NCBI RefSeq assembly: GCF_000195855.1
Contig: NC_002677.1
Span: forward strand, 570,001-602,000
DNA: 32,000 nt
From: Mycobacterium leprae TN
Lineage (GTDB): Bacteria; Actinomycetota; Actinomycetes; Mycobacteriales; Mycobacteriaceae
Reading direction: 5' to 3'
The notes beneath the pieces are model-generated. The model was not told the DNA's origin. It made no database searches and saw nothing but the letters and a program-made list of their open reading frames with translations. The position numbers and the translations under genes were made by a program. Shown here one piece after another: positions 1 to 10,700 of this stretch. Within the stretch, counting starts at the first letter, position 1. Each line of letters starts with the position of its first letter.

Positions 1-479
1 GTGTTCATTGGCTGCGGGAGCACGGAACCGGGCTATCTCCTGCAGTCTGTTCTGATCGAGAGTGACTCCAAAATTAAGTTTTTTGTCGCACTCACGGATC
101 GCTGACTAGTCCGGTTCGGGCTTTCCGCCCGGCAATATGAAACGCCTTGTGTCGCGCTTGCGCACAGTTAACACCCTGCTTGAGGCGTCTCTCGACACCA
201 CGGCATTGACCCGGATGGCATCCGCTAGATACTTCCTCAACCAACCGGAATCACCTTCATATCTCAATGCGGCATGCACCCAGGCCGCACATCACACCGT
301 CGGCGCGTCAACGTACTTTGTTACTCAGCCTAGATAATGCTGCGGCAAACCAGAGGGCCGATGCAGCGGTACTAGGCACTGATGGTGGCCTCAGTGGTAT
401 AGCTGACCCTTCCGCATAATCAAACTGTGCTCTCCCCACCTCTGATGGTAGTGTGCGCGGCTTTGTCGACCATGAAGTG

Positions 480-2150
480 ATTGAACTCCAGCACTGTTTC
501 GGTAGATTTTGAGCAGCCTAACGAACTAATATACCGGGTCCACATTTCACCCTGCATTTCCAAATAGTTCCTACAGTGCGCCATCTCGGATGCTAGTAGC
601 CGTGGTAGTCACACGCGTGATGATAAATTATGTTAGGGTAAGCGAAATCATTGGCGTACAGAAAGCCCATTAGTCCATACTGACAATCCGCATCAGTGTA
701 ATTATCGTTGTTTTTATTGTACTAGGTGGTGATAAAAACATTGCGTTCGCCCACACATGTTGATCCACTAAATATCGCTGACTTCTAAAAGATTCTGTAA
801 ACACAGTTTGGTGGAACTATACACAAGGACCTCAGTCTAAATATAGAATTCCAGATCAAGCAAAGCTATTGATTTTTTCCACCGGTATGGTGAAGAATTT
901 TGACTAGATCTGTTACTACAAAAATAGTATGAAGCTGCGCTGCAGTGGATTAGCCAGTAATTCAACAGTAGACTTACCGTGGATGGCAAATAATAACGAA
1001 ATCGTGACACAAAATTCCCGCTTGCCATCGTTTGTACTTAACGGTAATGGAATCATTTGGTTTCCCGCGGGTTATTACGAAAGATTTCTGTTATTGTGGT
1101 ACCAAGCCGCACATAATCGACCGATTTGGCGGCAAGTTCATTTTGGTGCTGCTCTACTTTGCGCTTGATTTGGTTGTCGAGTCGCTGTAACCGCCTTCGA
1201 TATCTTCCCCCACTAACTTCGGTACCAAACCAGTAAGTGCTGTCATAGGTCGGTGCGTGCAGGGTATTCTCGTACCAGTTGGTGGTGTTGTACAGAAAAA
1301 CGGAATTGCCAAAGGGTGTTGTGCAGAAAGTCTGAAAAGGTTAGGTGAGCAGATCTCGGGAATCAACAGCGGAGCCCTGAGTTATGTTGTACGGTGACCT
1401 ACCGCAAACCTCCTCGCTCACGGAACATATAGCATTCCATTCCGGTCGGAAGACTCTAAGAAATAAGGTTTGATGCCGACATTCCTGACTCCAGCAGCTA
1501 CTGCAATATCCGCAGGTAGATAAGTAACGTCTTATCGGTCGCTGCGTCGTAGCGGTTTTGTGCCGATATTGACACCGGGTCGTAACACTAGGTGCGTGCG
1601 TTTTAACCGCTTCTATATATTTTTTCTACGTTGGAGTTTATTCCATAGAATTGATTAGCGGAGGTAATTGCATCATTGGGGACTGTGAGATGGAACCAGA
1701 ACTTACTCACCTTGTCTTTGCTGATCTCTAAACTTGCCCGCCATTGCAATTCTCCCTGTTCGTTTATCAACCAGCGAGAAAAGCTACCGTTATTTAACCC
1801 CTGTTTAACACTCTTGCACTTAACCAGGATGTCAGGTTGTCGGTATATTTCAACACAACTGGAGACTACGAACCTGGCTACGAATTGCACCATTTTTATT
1901 TAGCAGAACTAGTTATATAACGTAAAACTGCAAGGCCGGGTGTGGTACCGATCTGGGCTGGAACCAGCAGTTATGCACTTCTGTACGCTGCATGCTACGT
2001 AACGGCCTTCCGCAAAATTCTTGTAGCAGCACTAATTATCGTTGTCGTGATTACCTTAGCTCGGTCCCCGACGAATACCGCGACCGCAACCCGGTATTCG
2101 TACGCAGCCACTGGCACGTGCGGATAGCCAAGAATCGTAGAATGGAGGTA
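480..2150. other. AT-rich segment with fragmentary, unassigned coding-like pieces on both strands
   Basis: By eye the base composition is clearly more AT-rich than the rest. Coding-like fragments include minus 1603..1893 (VARFVVSSCVEIYRQPDILVKCKSVKQGL...ELQWRASLEISKDKVSKFWFHLTVPN) and plus 929..1168, whose frame is open back to ~782 except for one TAG. No family recognised. Confidence 0.35.
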
Positions 2151-2499
2151 AATAATGTAACGGTTTAGGTATATCTAGCCAAAATATAGGCGAAATGTTA
2201 GGACGGATCATGCTCAGATGGAGGCAGATCTCATAGGGTCAATTCCAGTTCGCACCTGTCCGGTTCGGTGATCCCGATAGCTCATTTGGTGCTCGGCCAG
2301 CTGGCTGTCATAGTTAGGCACGCTACACCACGCAACATCTGCCGTAGCGACTCGGCTACAGCAACTAGGTTTTCTTTCGGAGGCATCTATCACAGCGATC
2401 CGTCGCGCACCACTTGGTGATCCAATAATCTACCGGGTGCAAGACATCGAACTGTGTCTCCGTCGCCGCTAAGCGCGACTGATCGAAGTTGTCCCAGTG

Positions 2500-4420
2500 G
2501 CACAGAGGATGACGTCTTGCTACATTGGCGATCGCGGCCAATTGCCATTGCGGGTACCCACCGAGTAGTACTGGTCGACAATTCGAACGTCGGCAAGACC
2601 AAGGTGTTCAATCGTTTGACCAGGTTACGCGCAAAAGACTGGAAACTATCCGGGTGTAACGGTCGGCCGCAGTGTAGGCACCATCAAGGTCAACGGCGTC
2701 ACCAACGCCGTCGGAGACTTTCCCGACACCTAATATTTAGACGATCAGCCCGGACGAGCAAGTGGTTACGCAATCTGCTCTCCGGTGAGCTCGACGACAT
2801 CGACCGTCCTGATGCGATCGTGGTGGTTACCGACGTCACCACGCTTCGTCGTTCGATCCTTTTTGTGGCGTAGGCGCTCCGAGTAGGCTACTGGCACTCA
2901 ACTATGAATGACGAATTAACCACCCTGGCAGGCCGGGTCGACATCGATGCGTTGTCGGCAGCGATGGGAATATTTGTAACTGCAATCGTAGTGCACCGTG
3001 GTTCACGGTGTAATAGACGGGTTACGAGGTAGCCGATGGCAGCGGCCGCCGATCTCCTACCGTCTGATCACGACGCTGCCGAAGCCCGGGGAAGATCGGT
3101 GCTCAATGTCGTTGATTACTTTGTGCCACAAGAGGATCAGAGTTCAATCTGAATTGAACAAGTTGGGTTGCAACCGTTATGGGGCTCCGTCGTCTTTTTC
3201 GCGGTTATGTTTGTGTTCTTCTAGGTCGTGTTCACCGCTGTGGCGCCACTGCAGGATTTGGTCTACCAAGTGCTTGTCTGGCTGGGCGGCACGGTCGGCG
3301 ATCTTTCCGGTAACTCCGTGCTGACAGGTCTACTTGGCTACGGGATCATCGGCGGTGTCGGCATTGTCCTGCAGTTCATCCCGAGGATTGCACTGCATAT
3401 TTTTGTTGATTGCTCTGCTGGAAATGTGGGCTATATGGCACGAGCTGCGTTTCTCATGGAACGGGTAATGGTCAAAACCGGACTGGAAGGCTGCGCTTTT
3501 GTTGTCTGCTGTACTCGTTCGCCTGTGCGGTCTCGGGCATTATGGCTACCCGAACGTTGCCATCGTAAAGCGACCGAATCGCCACCGTACCTGTCTGCGT
3601 CGCTGATGACCTATCACGCTCGCCTAACTGGTATTCACTTTGCTGATCGGTGTTTTGTGCGCGCCATATAGAAGCTGGTGAGGCCTCAGCGCGCAGAGAG
3701 TGGTGGTGTTTTGTTGTATCTCAGTGGTGGCGCTCCTCATCGCGTGGATGTTCAAGTCGACGATCCTGCGCAGCGACTTGCTGCCGTTCACCAAGGAGCT
3801 TCCACCTTATCGGTTTTTCTACTCCAAAGCTGTGCTGGTGACAATGTGGGGTGCGGAGAAGATGTTTCTGCATAAGCCCACTATCCTCTTGGCTATGTCA
3901 GTGATGTTGTGGGCGTTCTTTAATCTGCTACCGCGTGACGCTGAGATCTCGTAGCTGTCCCCGGACGACGTCATCGCATATGTGAGATAGACCACAGCTA
4001 CGCTGTGGACGTTGGCAAGGTCGTCTAGCCGGTGTTCAAGCTACTCGGCTTTGGCTGGCTCACCGACGTCGGATTGTTCGGCTACTTGGCGGCTTGGGAG
4101 GTGTTTGTATCCATCCTCGGCGAGGTGGTGGCGGCAACAAATCCCGACGAACTGCTTGAGGCGTTGGCCACCATAACTGATGATCAGTGGTACCGGGAAT
4201 TTACCGCGTCGACGGTCATCGCGCTGTTGGCGTATTTCAATTCGCCTTGTAGTGCATGTCGACCGTTGCTGTGATGTGCCTCGAGAGCAACTCGTGACGA
4301 TGGCCGGCGTTCGCGTTCATTTGCATGTTTGTCTTTGCTTGGGCGATGCCGTTCACTGCATGATCGATTACGACGGGTCCTTGCGCATGATTGCGATGCA
4401 CTCCATGGCCATCGCTGAAC
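2500..4420 (+). pseudogene. feoB: Ferrous iron transport protein B (FeoB), multiply frameshifted
   Basis: In order across frames: G1-like VVLVDNSNVGKTKVFNRLTRLRAK; ELDDIDRPDAIVVVTDVTTLRRSILFVA; TMNDELTTLAGRVDIDALSAAMGIFVTAIV; GLLGYGIIGGVGIVLQFIPRIALHIF...GNVGYMARAAFLMERVMVKTGLEG; GIMATRT/DRIAT; PLMTYHARL; VALLIAWMFKSTILRSDLLPFTKELPPYRF; FKLLGFGWLTDVGLFGYLAAWEVFVSILGEVVAATNPDE; STVIALLAYF. Confidence 0.93.
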
Positions 4421-4537
4421 CGCGGCAACTGCTCTGGGTGATCGCGTCCGACAACCTCCCGCCTGGCCGGCACCGTTCGACAAGCTCAAGGTCGGCTTGG
4501 TGCACTGCTGGACAGTTGGGTAATCGGGCAGCTGGTC

Positions 4538-4810
4538 GTGCGTACAGTCGACGTGTTGATCACGCTTAGCATCGGAAGCAGTTGGAGCGAACTTGGTGAC
4601 CAGGTCCAAGACGCACTCGCCGAAGCGCTACTGCACCCGGCAACTTGGTGGGCCGATGTGGTAACCGATGACTTCGCCAACTTGGCGGAAATCTCCAGCA
4701 AGCTACTCATGGGATTGATCGGCGCCCTAGCCGAATCGCATGTCGGATCAGTCGAATTGGTGTCGTTGGCTTGGAGCCAATTTGGTGGTTCGGATGTCTG
4801 GTACTTGTAA
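4538..4810 (+). other. Short coding-like ORF downstream of feoB relic, possible gene fragment of unknown family
   Basis: 90-aa ORF: MRTVDVLITLSIGSSWSELGDQVQDALAEALLHPATWWADVVTDDFANLAEISSKLLMG...; plausible protein composition, no motif recognised. Confidence 0.3.
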
Positions 4811-5172
4811 GGGGTTCTCGGCAGCGGGTTCGACGCTTCACGACAAGCTGCAACGCGAAATCCGGTGACAGGTCGGACAGCAGGTCACTGTTTCCAGTGA
4901 AAATTTCTCAATTCTATATCATTAGATAAGAAGCTGTTCTTGTTGATAGTTCGTCGAATAATCCATCACGTACATTCTTGTTAAAAACTAAGTATGGATT
5001 AGGTTTTCAAGAGGAATTGAAGGTATCGGTTTCGGCTTGCTGCAATCACATCTGAACCAGTCACGCAAGGCGGAACCAAGCCAGGTGTCTCGCATCATCG
5101 CCTGATGAGTCAGGTCCCACGGATTATATACGAGTGCAGTACAGACCTTTGTGCGTTGCGCTTGCGCAAACT

Positions 5173-5238
5173 AGTACACCAATTCGATAAGTTCCTGGTC
5201 AGCGACTGCTGACCAGGAACTTATCGAATTGGTGTACT
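5173..5238. repeat. Perfect 31-bp inverted repeat with 4-nt loop
   Basis: Left arm 5173-5203 AGTACACCAATTCGATAAGTTCCTGGTCAGC; loop 5204-5207 GACT; right arm 5208-5238 GCTGACCAGGAACTTATCGAATTGGTGTACT is the exact reverse complement. Confidence 0.97.
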
Positions 5239-5289
5239 GCACATCTACGCGCCGTCAAGGCTATAAATACGCATCTCTGCTGACGTAAT

Positions 5290-5543
5290 CGTCCCCCGTA
5301 TCACGGGATGCTGGCAAACATGAGTCCGAGTGACACTCTCCAACAGGCCGGCTGTCCATTGATCACGGTGGTGGATGCATTGCTAAATGAGCAGCTACCT
5401 GAACTGTTTGAGTCGTAACAGGTTCCAAATGCCTCTTTTTCGCTTGCTTATGCCACAACGCGGCTATGGTGGCAGCCGTCATGCAGGAGGGGCTGATCCG
5501 TTTTCCCGCGGGATACCCGGCTGACTCCGCAGTGGAGCGTGTT
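5290..5543 (+). pseudogene. C-terminal relic of an acyl-CoA thioesterase II (tesB2-like)
   Basis: [20 protein letters not shown] immediately upstream of pdxT resembles the typical thioesterase II C-terminal motif LVA(S/T)V.QEGLIR; tesB2 (Rv2605c) precedes pdxT in M. tuberculosis. Confidence 0.55.
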
Positions 5544-6140
5544 GTGAGCTTTCCGAGGGTGGGCGTCTTGGCGCTGCAGGGCGATACCCGTGAGCATCTC
5601 ACCGCGCTGCGCGAAGCCGGGGCCGACTCCATGCCGGTACGTCGCCGCGGTGAGCTGGACGAGGTTGACGCGCTGGTCATTCCCGGCGGCGAATCCACTA
5701 CCATCAGCCACCTGCTGCTCGACTGCGAGTTGCTAGAGCCGTTGCGTGCGCGTCTGGCCGACGGGTTGCCGGCTTACGGTGCGTGCACGGGTATGATTCT
5801 ACTGGCCAGTGAGATCCTCGACGCTGGCGTGTGTGGGCGTGAGGCGCTGCCGTTGGGTGCTATCGATATTACAGTGCGGCGCAACGCTTTTGGACGCCAA
5901 GTCGATTCATTTGAAGGCGATATTGGGTTCGCTGGTCTTGTTGATCCGGTGCGTGCGGTGTTCATCCGTGCGCCCTGGGTGGAACGGGCCGGCGATGGCG
6001 TGCAGGTGCTGGCTCAAGCTGCGGGCCACGCTGTCGCGGTGCGGCAGGGCTCAATGTTGGCTACGGCGTTTCACCCGGAGATGACCAGCGACCGGCGCAT
6101 CCACCAGTTATTCGTTGACATTGTCAACGGAATCGCCTGA
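5544..6140 (+). CDS. pdxT: Pyridoxal 5'-phosphate synthase glutaminase subunit PdxT (198 aa from GTG start)
   Basis: [19 protein letters not shown]; nucleophile region [10 protein letters not shown]; GGESTTI; [17 protein letters not shown]. The track ORF starting at 5466 is probably N-terminally over-extended. Confidence 0.95.
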   Translation: MSFPRVGVLALQGDTREHLTALREAGADSMPVRRRGELDEVDALVIPGGESTTISHLLLDCELLEPLRARLADGLPAYGACTGMILLASEILDAGVCGREALPLGAIDITVRRNAFGRQVDSFEGDIGFAGLVDPVRAVFIRAPWVERAGDGVQVLAQAAGHAVAVRQGSMLATAFHPEMTSDRRIHQLFVDIVNGIA

Positions 6141-6360
6141 GTTTCAGGAAAGTGCACATCAGTCACATCTGCACCATCAACAGGTGACGGGGTGATTTCG
6201 AAAAATTCATAGCGCATGCGTTATCACTCCTTACAAACCGACATGCCTCAAAAATCTGTGACGCTTGGGCATTCTTAGGCGGTAGGGGTAAGTGTGCGGG
6301 CCAGCTAGCACGTAAACTTGTTGTGCGACTGTCAGGTAACAGAAGAGGTTCTACACACCG

Positions 6361-7116
6361 ATGAGCGGCCATTCCAAGTGGGCCACCACCAAGCACAAAA
6401 AGGCTGTCATTGATGCTCGCCGCGGCAAGATGTTCGCCCGGCTGATTAAGAACATTGAGGTTGCGGCTCGCGTCGGTGGTGGTGATCCAGTGGGCAACCC
6501 AACGCTCTACGATGCGATCCAGAAAGCGAAGAAGAGCTCGGTGCCCAACGGGAACATCGAACGGGCGCGCAAACGCGGCGCTGGCGAGGAGGTCGGTGGT
6601 GCCGACTGGCAAGTCATTACCTACGAGGGCTACGCACCCAACGGTGTGGCGGTCCTGATCGAATGTCTGACCGATAACCGCAACCGCGCAGCTGGTGAGG
6701 TGCGGGTGGCGATGACTCGCAATGGCGGTGCCATGGCTGATCCAGGGTCGGTGGCCTACCTGTTCTCTCGCAAGGGCGTGGTCACCTTGGAGAAGAACGG
6801 TCTCACCGAAGACGATGTGCTCGCTGCGGTGCTAGACGCCGGCGCTGAGGAGGTCAACGACCTTGGTGACAGCTTCGAGGTGATTGCCGAGCCAGGTGAT
6901 CTGGTTGCGGTCCGCACCGCGTTGCAGGATGCCGGCATCGACTACGAGTCAGCTGAAGCTAGTTTCCAGCCGTCGGTCAGCATGCCAGTTGACCTCGATG
7001 GCGCCCGCAAGGTATTCAAGCTTGTCGACGCGCTAGAGGACAGCGACGACGTGCATAATGTCTGGACTAATGCCGATGTATCCGACGAGGTGTTGGCCGC
7101 CCTTGACGGCGAGTGA
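6361..7116 (+). CDS. YebC/PmpR-family transcriptional regulator, 251 aa
   Basis: [37 protein letters not shown]...[24 protein letters not shown] is the classic YebC N-terminus. Confidence 0.97.
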   Translation: MSGHSKWATTKHKKAVIDARRGKMFARLIKNIEVAARVGGGDPVGNPTLYDAIQKAKKSSVPNGNIERARKRGAGEEVGGADWQVITYEGYAPNGVAVLIECLTDNRNRAAGEVRVAMTRNGGAMADPGSVAYLFSRKGVVTLEKNGLTEDDVLAAVLDAGAEEVNDLGDSFEVIAEPGDLVAVRTALQDAGIDYESAEASFQPSVSMPVDLDGARKVFKLVDALEDSDDVHNVWTNADVSDEVLAALDGE

Positions 7117-8249
7117 GCTACAGCGGGACACACTGGGTCAAGGGTGCAGTAAGATCGGAAGCCACTGACGGCTCTGGCCATCGGCAGATTCCATTAGTTT
7201 GATAGTCGTGACGCCTGTCTTCGATGGTGCTTGGGTGCTGGAAAGTCGACGGGCCGAGTGTGTCAGCGGCCCGATGTCGCTGGAGAACACGGTTGCGGTC
7301 TCGAGCACTTGCGGGTTGAAGAATCGCCGCGGCTAAACGTTGTTTCGGTATGCCGGGTGTGGGCGCAGTGTCGCCCGGGGGTGCCAAGACACATTTCCAA
7401 TAACCTAAGATGGGCACGCAGAGATGATAAAGCATAGCACAGGCCGGCCGGGGATCGTCGAGACTATCCTCCAAAACGTTGTCGGGGTGGAAAACGGGCT
7501 TCCTGCACGACCATCAGCTCTGCGGGAGCCAGCGCATGCGCGCCAAATACACAGAACTCGTTGGAATACGGCCGGCTCAGCATGGGGGTATCAGGGTCGG
7601 TAAGGTCGATGATGAACTGTGTCAAAGCCTCCGGCGGAGCGCAAGCTCACAGTGGAGGTGCGCAGCCAGTTCATTGGGTCGTAGATCACGACGGCCACCG
7701 CGGGTTGTCCAGTGCGCCGCTGTTGGCGCCCCGCAGTGTGGTGCGCGTTACTTACGTTGATCACTGCGGGATTGAGCTCCACTTGAACGATTGTGCCGAT
7801 GTCAAGCTGTCGTGTTTGTGTCTGTGGCGGTGAGTTGTTCGGTTGGTTTCATAGGTGGTGGGTGAAATGGCTGTTTTTGCGTTTTATGACTGGCCGATAT
7901 GTTCGGTAGTCGTGGGGGGCAGCCCGGAATCCTGTTGACGTGTTTTGCTGTGTTGCGGGGTTTTTGTTGGTGGGTGGCTGACTGCCTGCTTTCGATGAGG
8001 CTTCGTGTGCTTTGCCGCAGTGGACACGATTAGCGCGGCGCACGTAAGCATGTCGGTGGTGGGTGCTGCTTGGTCTACATGTTGATGATGCCAGGGGCTG
8101 GGCACCTGGGCTGTGCTGAAGGCGATATCGATGCAGGCGTGGGTGTGAGGATAGTTGTTAGCGCCGCGGGGTAGGGGCGTTTTAGTGTGCATGTCATGGC
8201 CTTGAGGTGTCGGCGTGGTCAATGTGGCCGCACCTGAACAGGCACGTCC

Positions 8250-9210
8250 CCGTGCACGGTATAACTATTCGCACCTGATGTTATCCCTTGCACCATTTCT
8301 GCCGCTGGTATCGGTGTCGGCGGCTTGTTGACCGGCCCTCAGCCAGCAAGCAGGCATGCCGCCGGGTGCAGCAGTATCGTGTTAGTGAACAGTGCATCGA
8401 TGATCCGGCCGTCGGCGGCACATACGGCAACCTTCTAGCGCAGATCAACCACCCACACCCCACCAGCCCACCACAACACCACCCAAACCAAACCAGCAAA
8501 AAATAACCACCAAATGACCATCACGACGACACCTTGAAGTCTAAACGGACAAGTTACTGGTTACTGGCCGGGCGCGGCGTCTGGCACCAATACCGAGTAT
8601 GCATTATTACCGAGTGCGGGGTAGACGAGGCTCTAGGTGTACTGGTAGTCGTCCTGGGTGGAAAACTGCAGAACCCCGTCCAAGTACAGCCGTATGTCGT
8701 TACCACGTTGGGTTACCTACCTCCTGGTAGACAGCCGGTGTGCCGGTAGGCGATGATTGGGGCGGAGATATCCCGATATCCGTAGCGGGGTTCGTAGGAC
8801 CGCGTTGCAGCAGCACCTCGGCACCGACCAAGACGATCGATCAGCGCTGTACTCACCGCCAGGACCCGTGTTAACCCCGCCCATAAACGCTAGAGCGCCG
8901 CTGCAGACAGGCCGTTGATGATGTCCGGCAGCGCATCGACCGCGATGAATGTGATAGCCGCATGTGCGTTAGCAGCAGTTTGACTGCTAAGGCCTCAGCA
9001 CCCAACACGGCGATGTAGCTCGCGACGATCAGTGAAGTTGCGACGATGCCGCTGCCGTTCAAGCTTGTCGGCAGGGTCGGTTGTGCGAGTTCATAGATGA
9101 TGCCGCATGTCACACACGCGGCGACGACGGCCAGAAGCACGGCTCGCCACCGTCGTGGCAACTCGGTGAGCCAGCTGATTGCGAGCACCGGAATAGAATT
9201 CATGACAGCG
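8250..9210 (-). pseudogene. speE: Spermidine synthase-like membrane protein (speE, Rv2601-like), frameshifted with stops
   Basis: Minus frame N-terminus RRWRAVLLAVVAACVTCGIIYELAQPTLPTSLNGSGIVATSLIVASYIAVLGAEALAVKLLL. Reverse complement of ~8610-8700 reads DIRLYLDGVLQFSTQDDYQYT*SLVYPAL, the spermidine synthase signature with an internal stop. Confidence 0.88.
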
Positions 9211-9224
9211 CGGTGGCGGTTACT

Positions 9225-9624
9225 CCCCGCACTAACAGCAGCATCAGAGCCGTCGCGAACATGGGGCCGGATGCAGCTCGGGTTTTTCGACGTGTTTATG
9301 GAAATTGCCGGGTGTCACTATGCTCTAGTGTCAACCAGAGATATCCCTTAATATGACCACGCCCATGAAACCATATATTGCCACCCCGACGAGCCCCTGA
9401 CTGAGCTGGCTCACGCCGCTGGCGATGGTGCTGATGGTGACGACGGCGTTAGGCCGGCGGTTAATTAAAGCCATTTGCTGCAACTGTCCTGGGATCAACG
9501 CATCGACCGTGACGAAGTTGGTGGCCAGGATGGCTACGACTACCAGGAAGTACAGGAAGCTGGCAACCACGCCGCGCAAGATGGGATTGAGGTTGACGGT
9601 GTCGGTCTGGACGGTGAAGTTCAT
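9225..9624 (-). pseudogene. DUF350 membrane protein (Rv2600-like), frameshifted
   Basis: MNFTVQTDTVNLNPILRGVVASFLYFLVVVAILATNFVTVDALIPGQLQQMALINRRPNAVVTISTIASGVSQLSQGLVGVAIYGFMGVVIL, then a separate frame with a KPELHPAP-like motif at ~9265-9300. Confidence 0.8.
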
Positions 9625-9649
9625 GGCTGTATGTCTCCTTATTGGTTCC

Positions 9650-10079
9650 GCTGAGGTTTTCGGGGCGAGACCTCCGTCTGGTACCACCCCTATGGTGATC
9701 CTGGGGTTAACCCGCGGCCGAGGAATATGAACGCCCCGTGACTGTATCCGGCGCTGAGCGGTTCGACGCGGATGCTTGCACATGTAGTTGCTGAACAAGC
9801 CTACGGTCACAATGTTGTTGCTGTAGCGCAGGTATTGGTTGGTGTTGTTGGCAGTGCGCGCCTCGGGTTTCTGATAGCCGGTGTGTGTCTGTGCTATTAC
9901 TTGGGTGGGTGATCCGTTGCAGACGCAGCGAATTCCGTTGACATCATGGGAATGTTCGTGATAGCGTGATGCAATATACGAGCTAATTTTCTTGTCCGGC
10001 AAGATGATTCTGAAATCAGCGACACTGTGGTGACGACGATCAGAGTGCAGGCAATCACAAAAAGACGATTGCGACTCAT
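9650..10079 (-). pseudogene. DUF4247-like secreted/membrane protein (Rv2599-like), frameshifted
   Basis: Start MSRNRLFVIACTLIVVTTVSL at 10079, then in another frame SSYIASRYHEHSHDVNGIRCVCNGSPTQVIAQTHTGYQKPEARTANNTNQYLRYSNNIVTV. Confidence 0.75.
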
Positions 10080-10700
10080 GGACGCCACCGGCTCGCGGTG
10101 TGGACCACCGTCCCTCCGGGACCTCAAAGGACATCGTGGATACAGGTGCCACGTCTGCCAGCGCCAGTCAGTGCCGGCGGGTTCGGCGGCAAATGCGATG
10201 AACGTGGCATCATCACCGGGGAACATGTCACCAAGCCACCTGACTTGCTGCGCGCATCGTTCGTAGAGTCTGTTTGCGAGCAGACGAAACGTCTTCTAGT
10301 CGTGTGTGGTCGGTGCGGAACGTAAGGTGGTAGCCGCGGCCGCGTTAAGTGCTGCGCGTCCGAACCTTCTGCCGTCGCTGTCGGCAGGAACTATGGTGAG
10401 CTGATGAAAGCAGGCACCAGACCTAATCCTCTGCGGTCTTATGCTGTATAGTTGGGGCGCGGGGTAGATGGTGCGTTAGTCGGTTAGCATGGACTTGTTG
10501 GTCGATATTTACCACGGTATAATCCGGCGCCCAGCGCTCGAAAGACATCAGCGCGGTCTCGTTGACGTGGGGCGCAGTCGACGAAGTCCATCTCCCGCCG
10601 GGTGGTAGGCTCGTCGTCCCTTCGGTGGTGTAGCTAGCGCGGCTACGTTCGGATCGGCTAAACGTCACGCCGTCAACTACTTGTTAGTTGTCGGGACGCA
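10080..10700 (-). pseudogene. DUF2617-like protein (Rv2598-like), degraded
   Basis: SARKQTLYERCAQQVRWLGDMFPGDDATFIAFAAEPAGTDWRWQTWHLYP in minus frames; position matches the neighbour of the DUF4247 gene. Confidence 0.7.

Noticed and set aside
1-480. Possible repeat element or gene fragment at window start (ORF 137..337)
   Set aside because: No motif or terminal repeat could be recognised, and coding quality is poor.
1942-2127. 61-aa hydrophobic ORF as a small membrane protein/holin
   Set aside because: Single hydrophobic stretch followed by low-complexity Thr/Ala sequence; no ribosome site or context supports it.
5173-5238. Inverted repeat as a canonical rho-independent terminator
   Set aside because: The stem is far longer than usual and is not followed by a T-tract on either strand, so it is listed as a repeat of unknown origin.
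7118-7850. Overlapping ORFs downstream of yebC (7118..7474, 7479..7760, 7561..7833, minus 7591..7782) as genes
   Set aside because: Mutually overlapping short frames without recognisable domains, consistent with decayed intergenic DNA; a highly degraded gene cannot be excluded.
9331-10152. Single 273-aa minus-strand ORF as one gene
   Set aside because: It is an accidental run-through joining parts of the decayed DUF4247 gene and the DUF350 gene (real start MNFTVQ at 9624).
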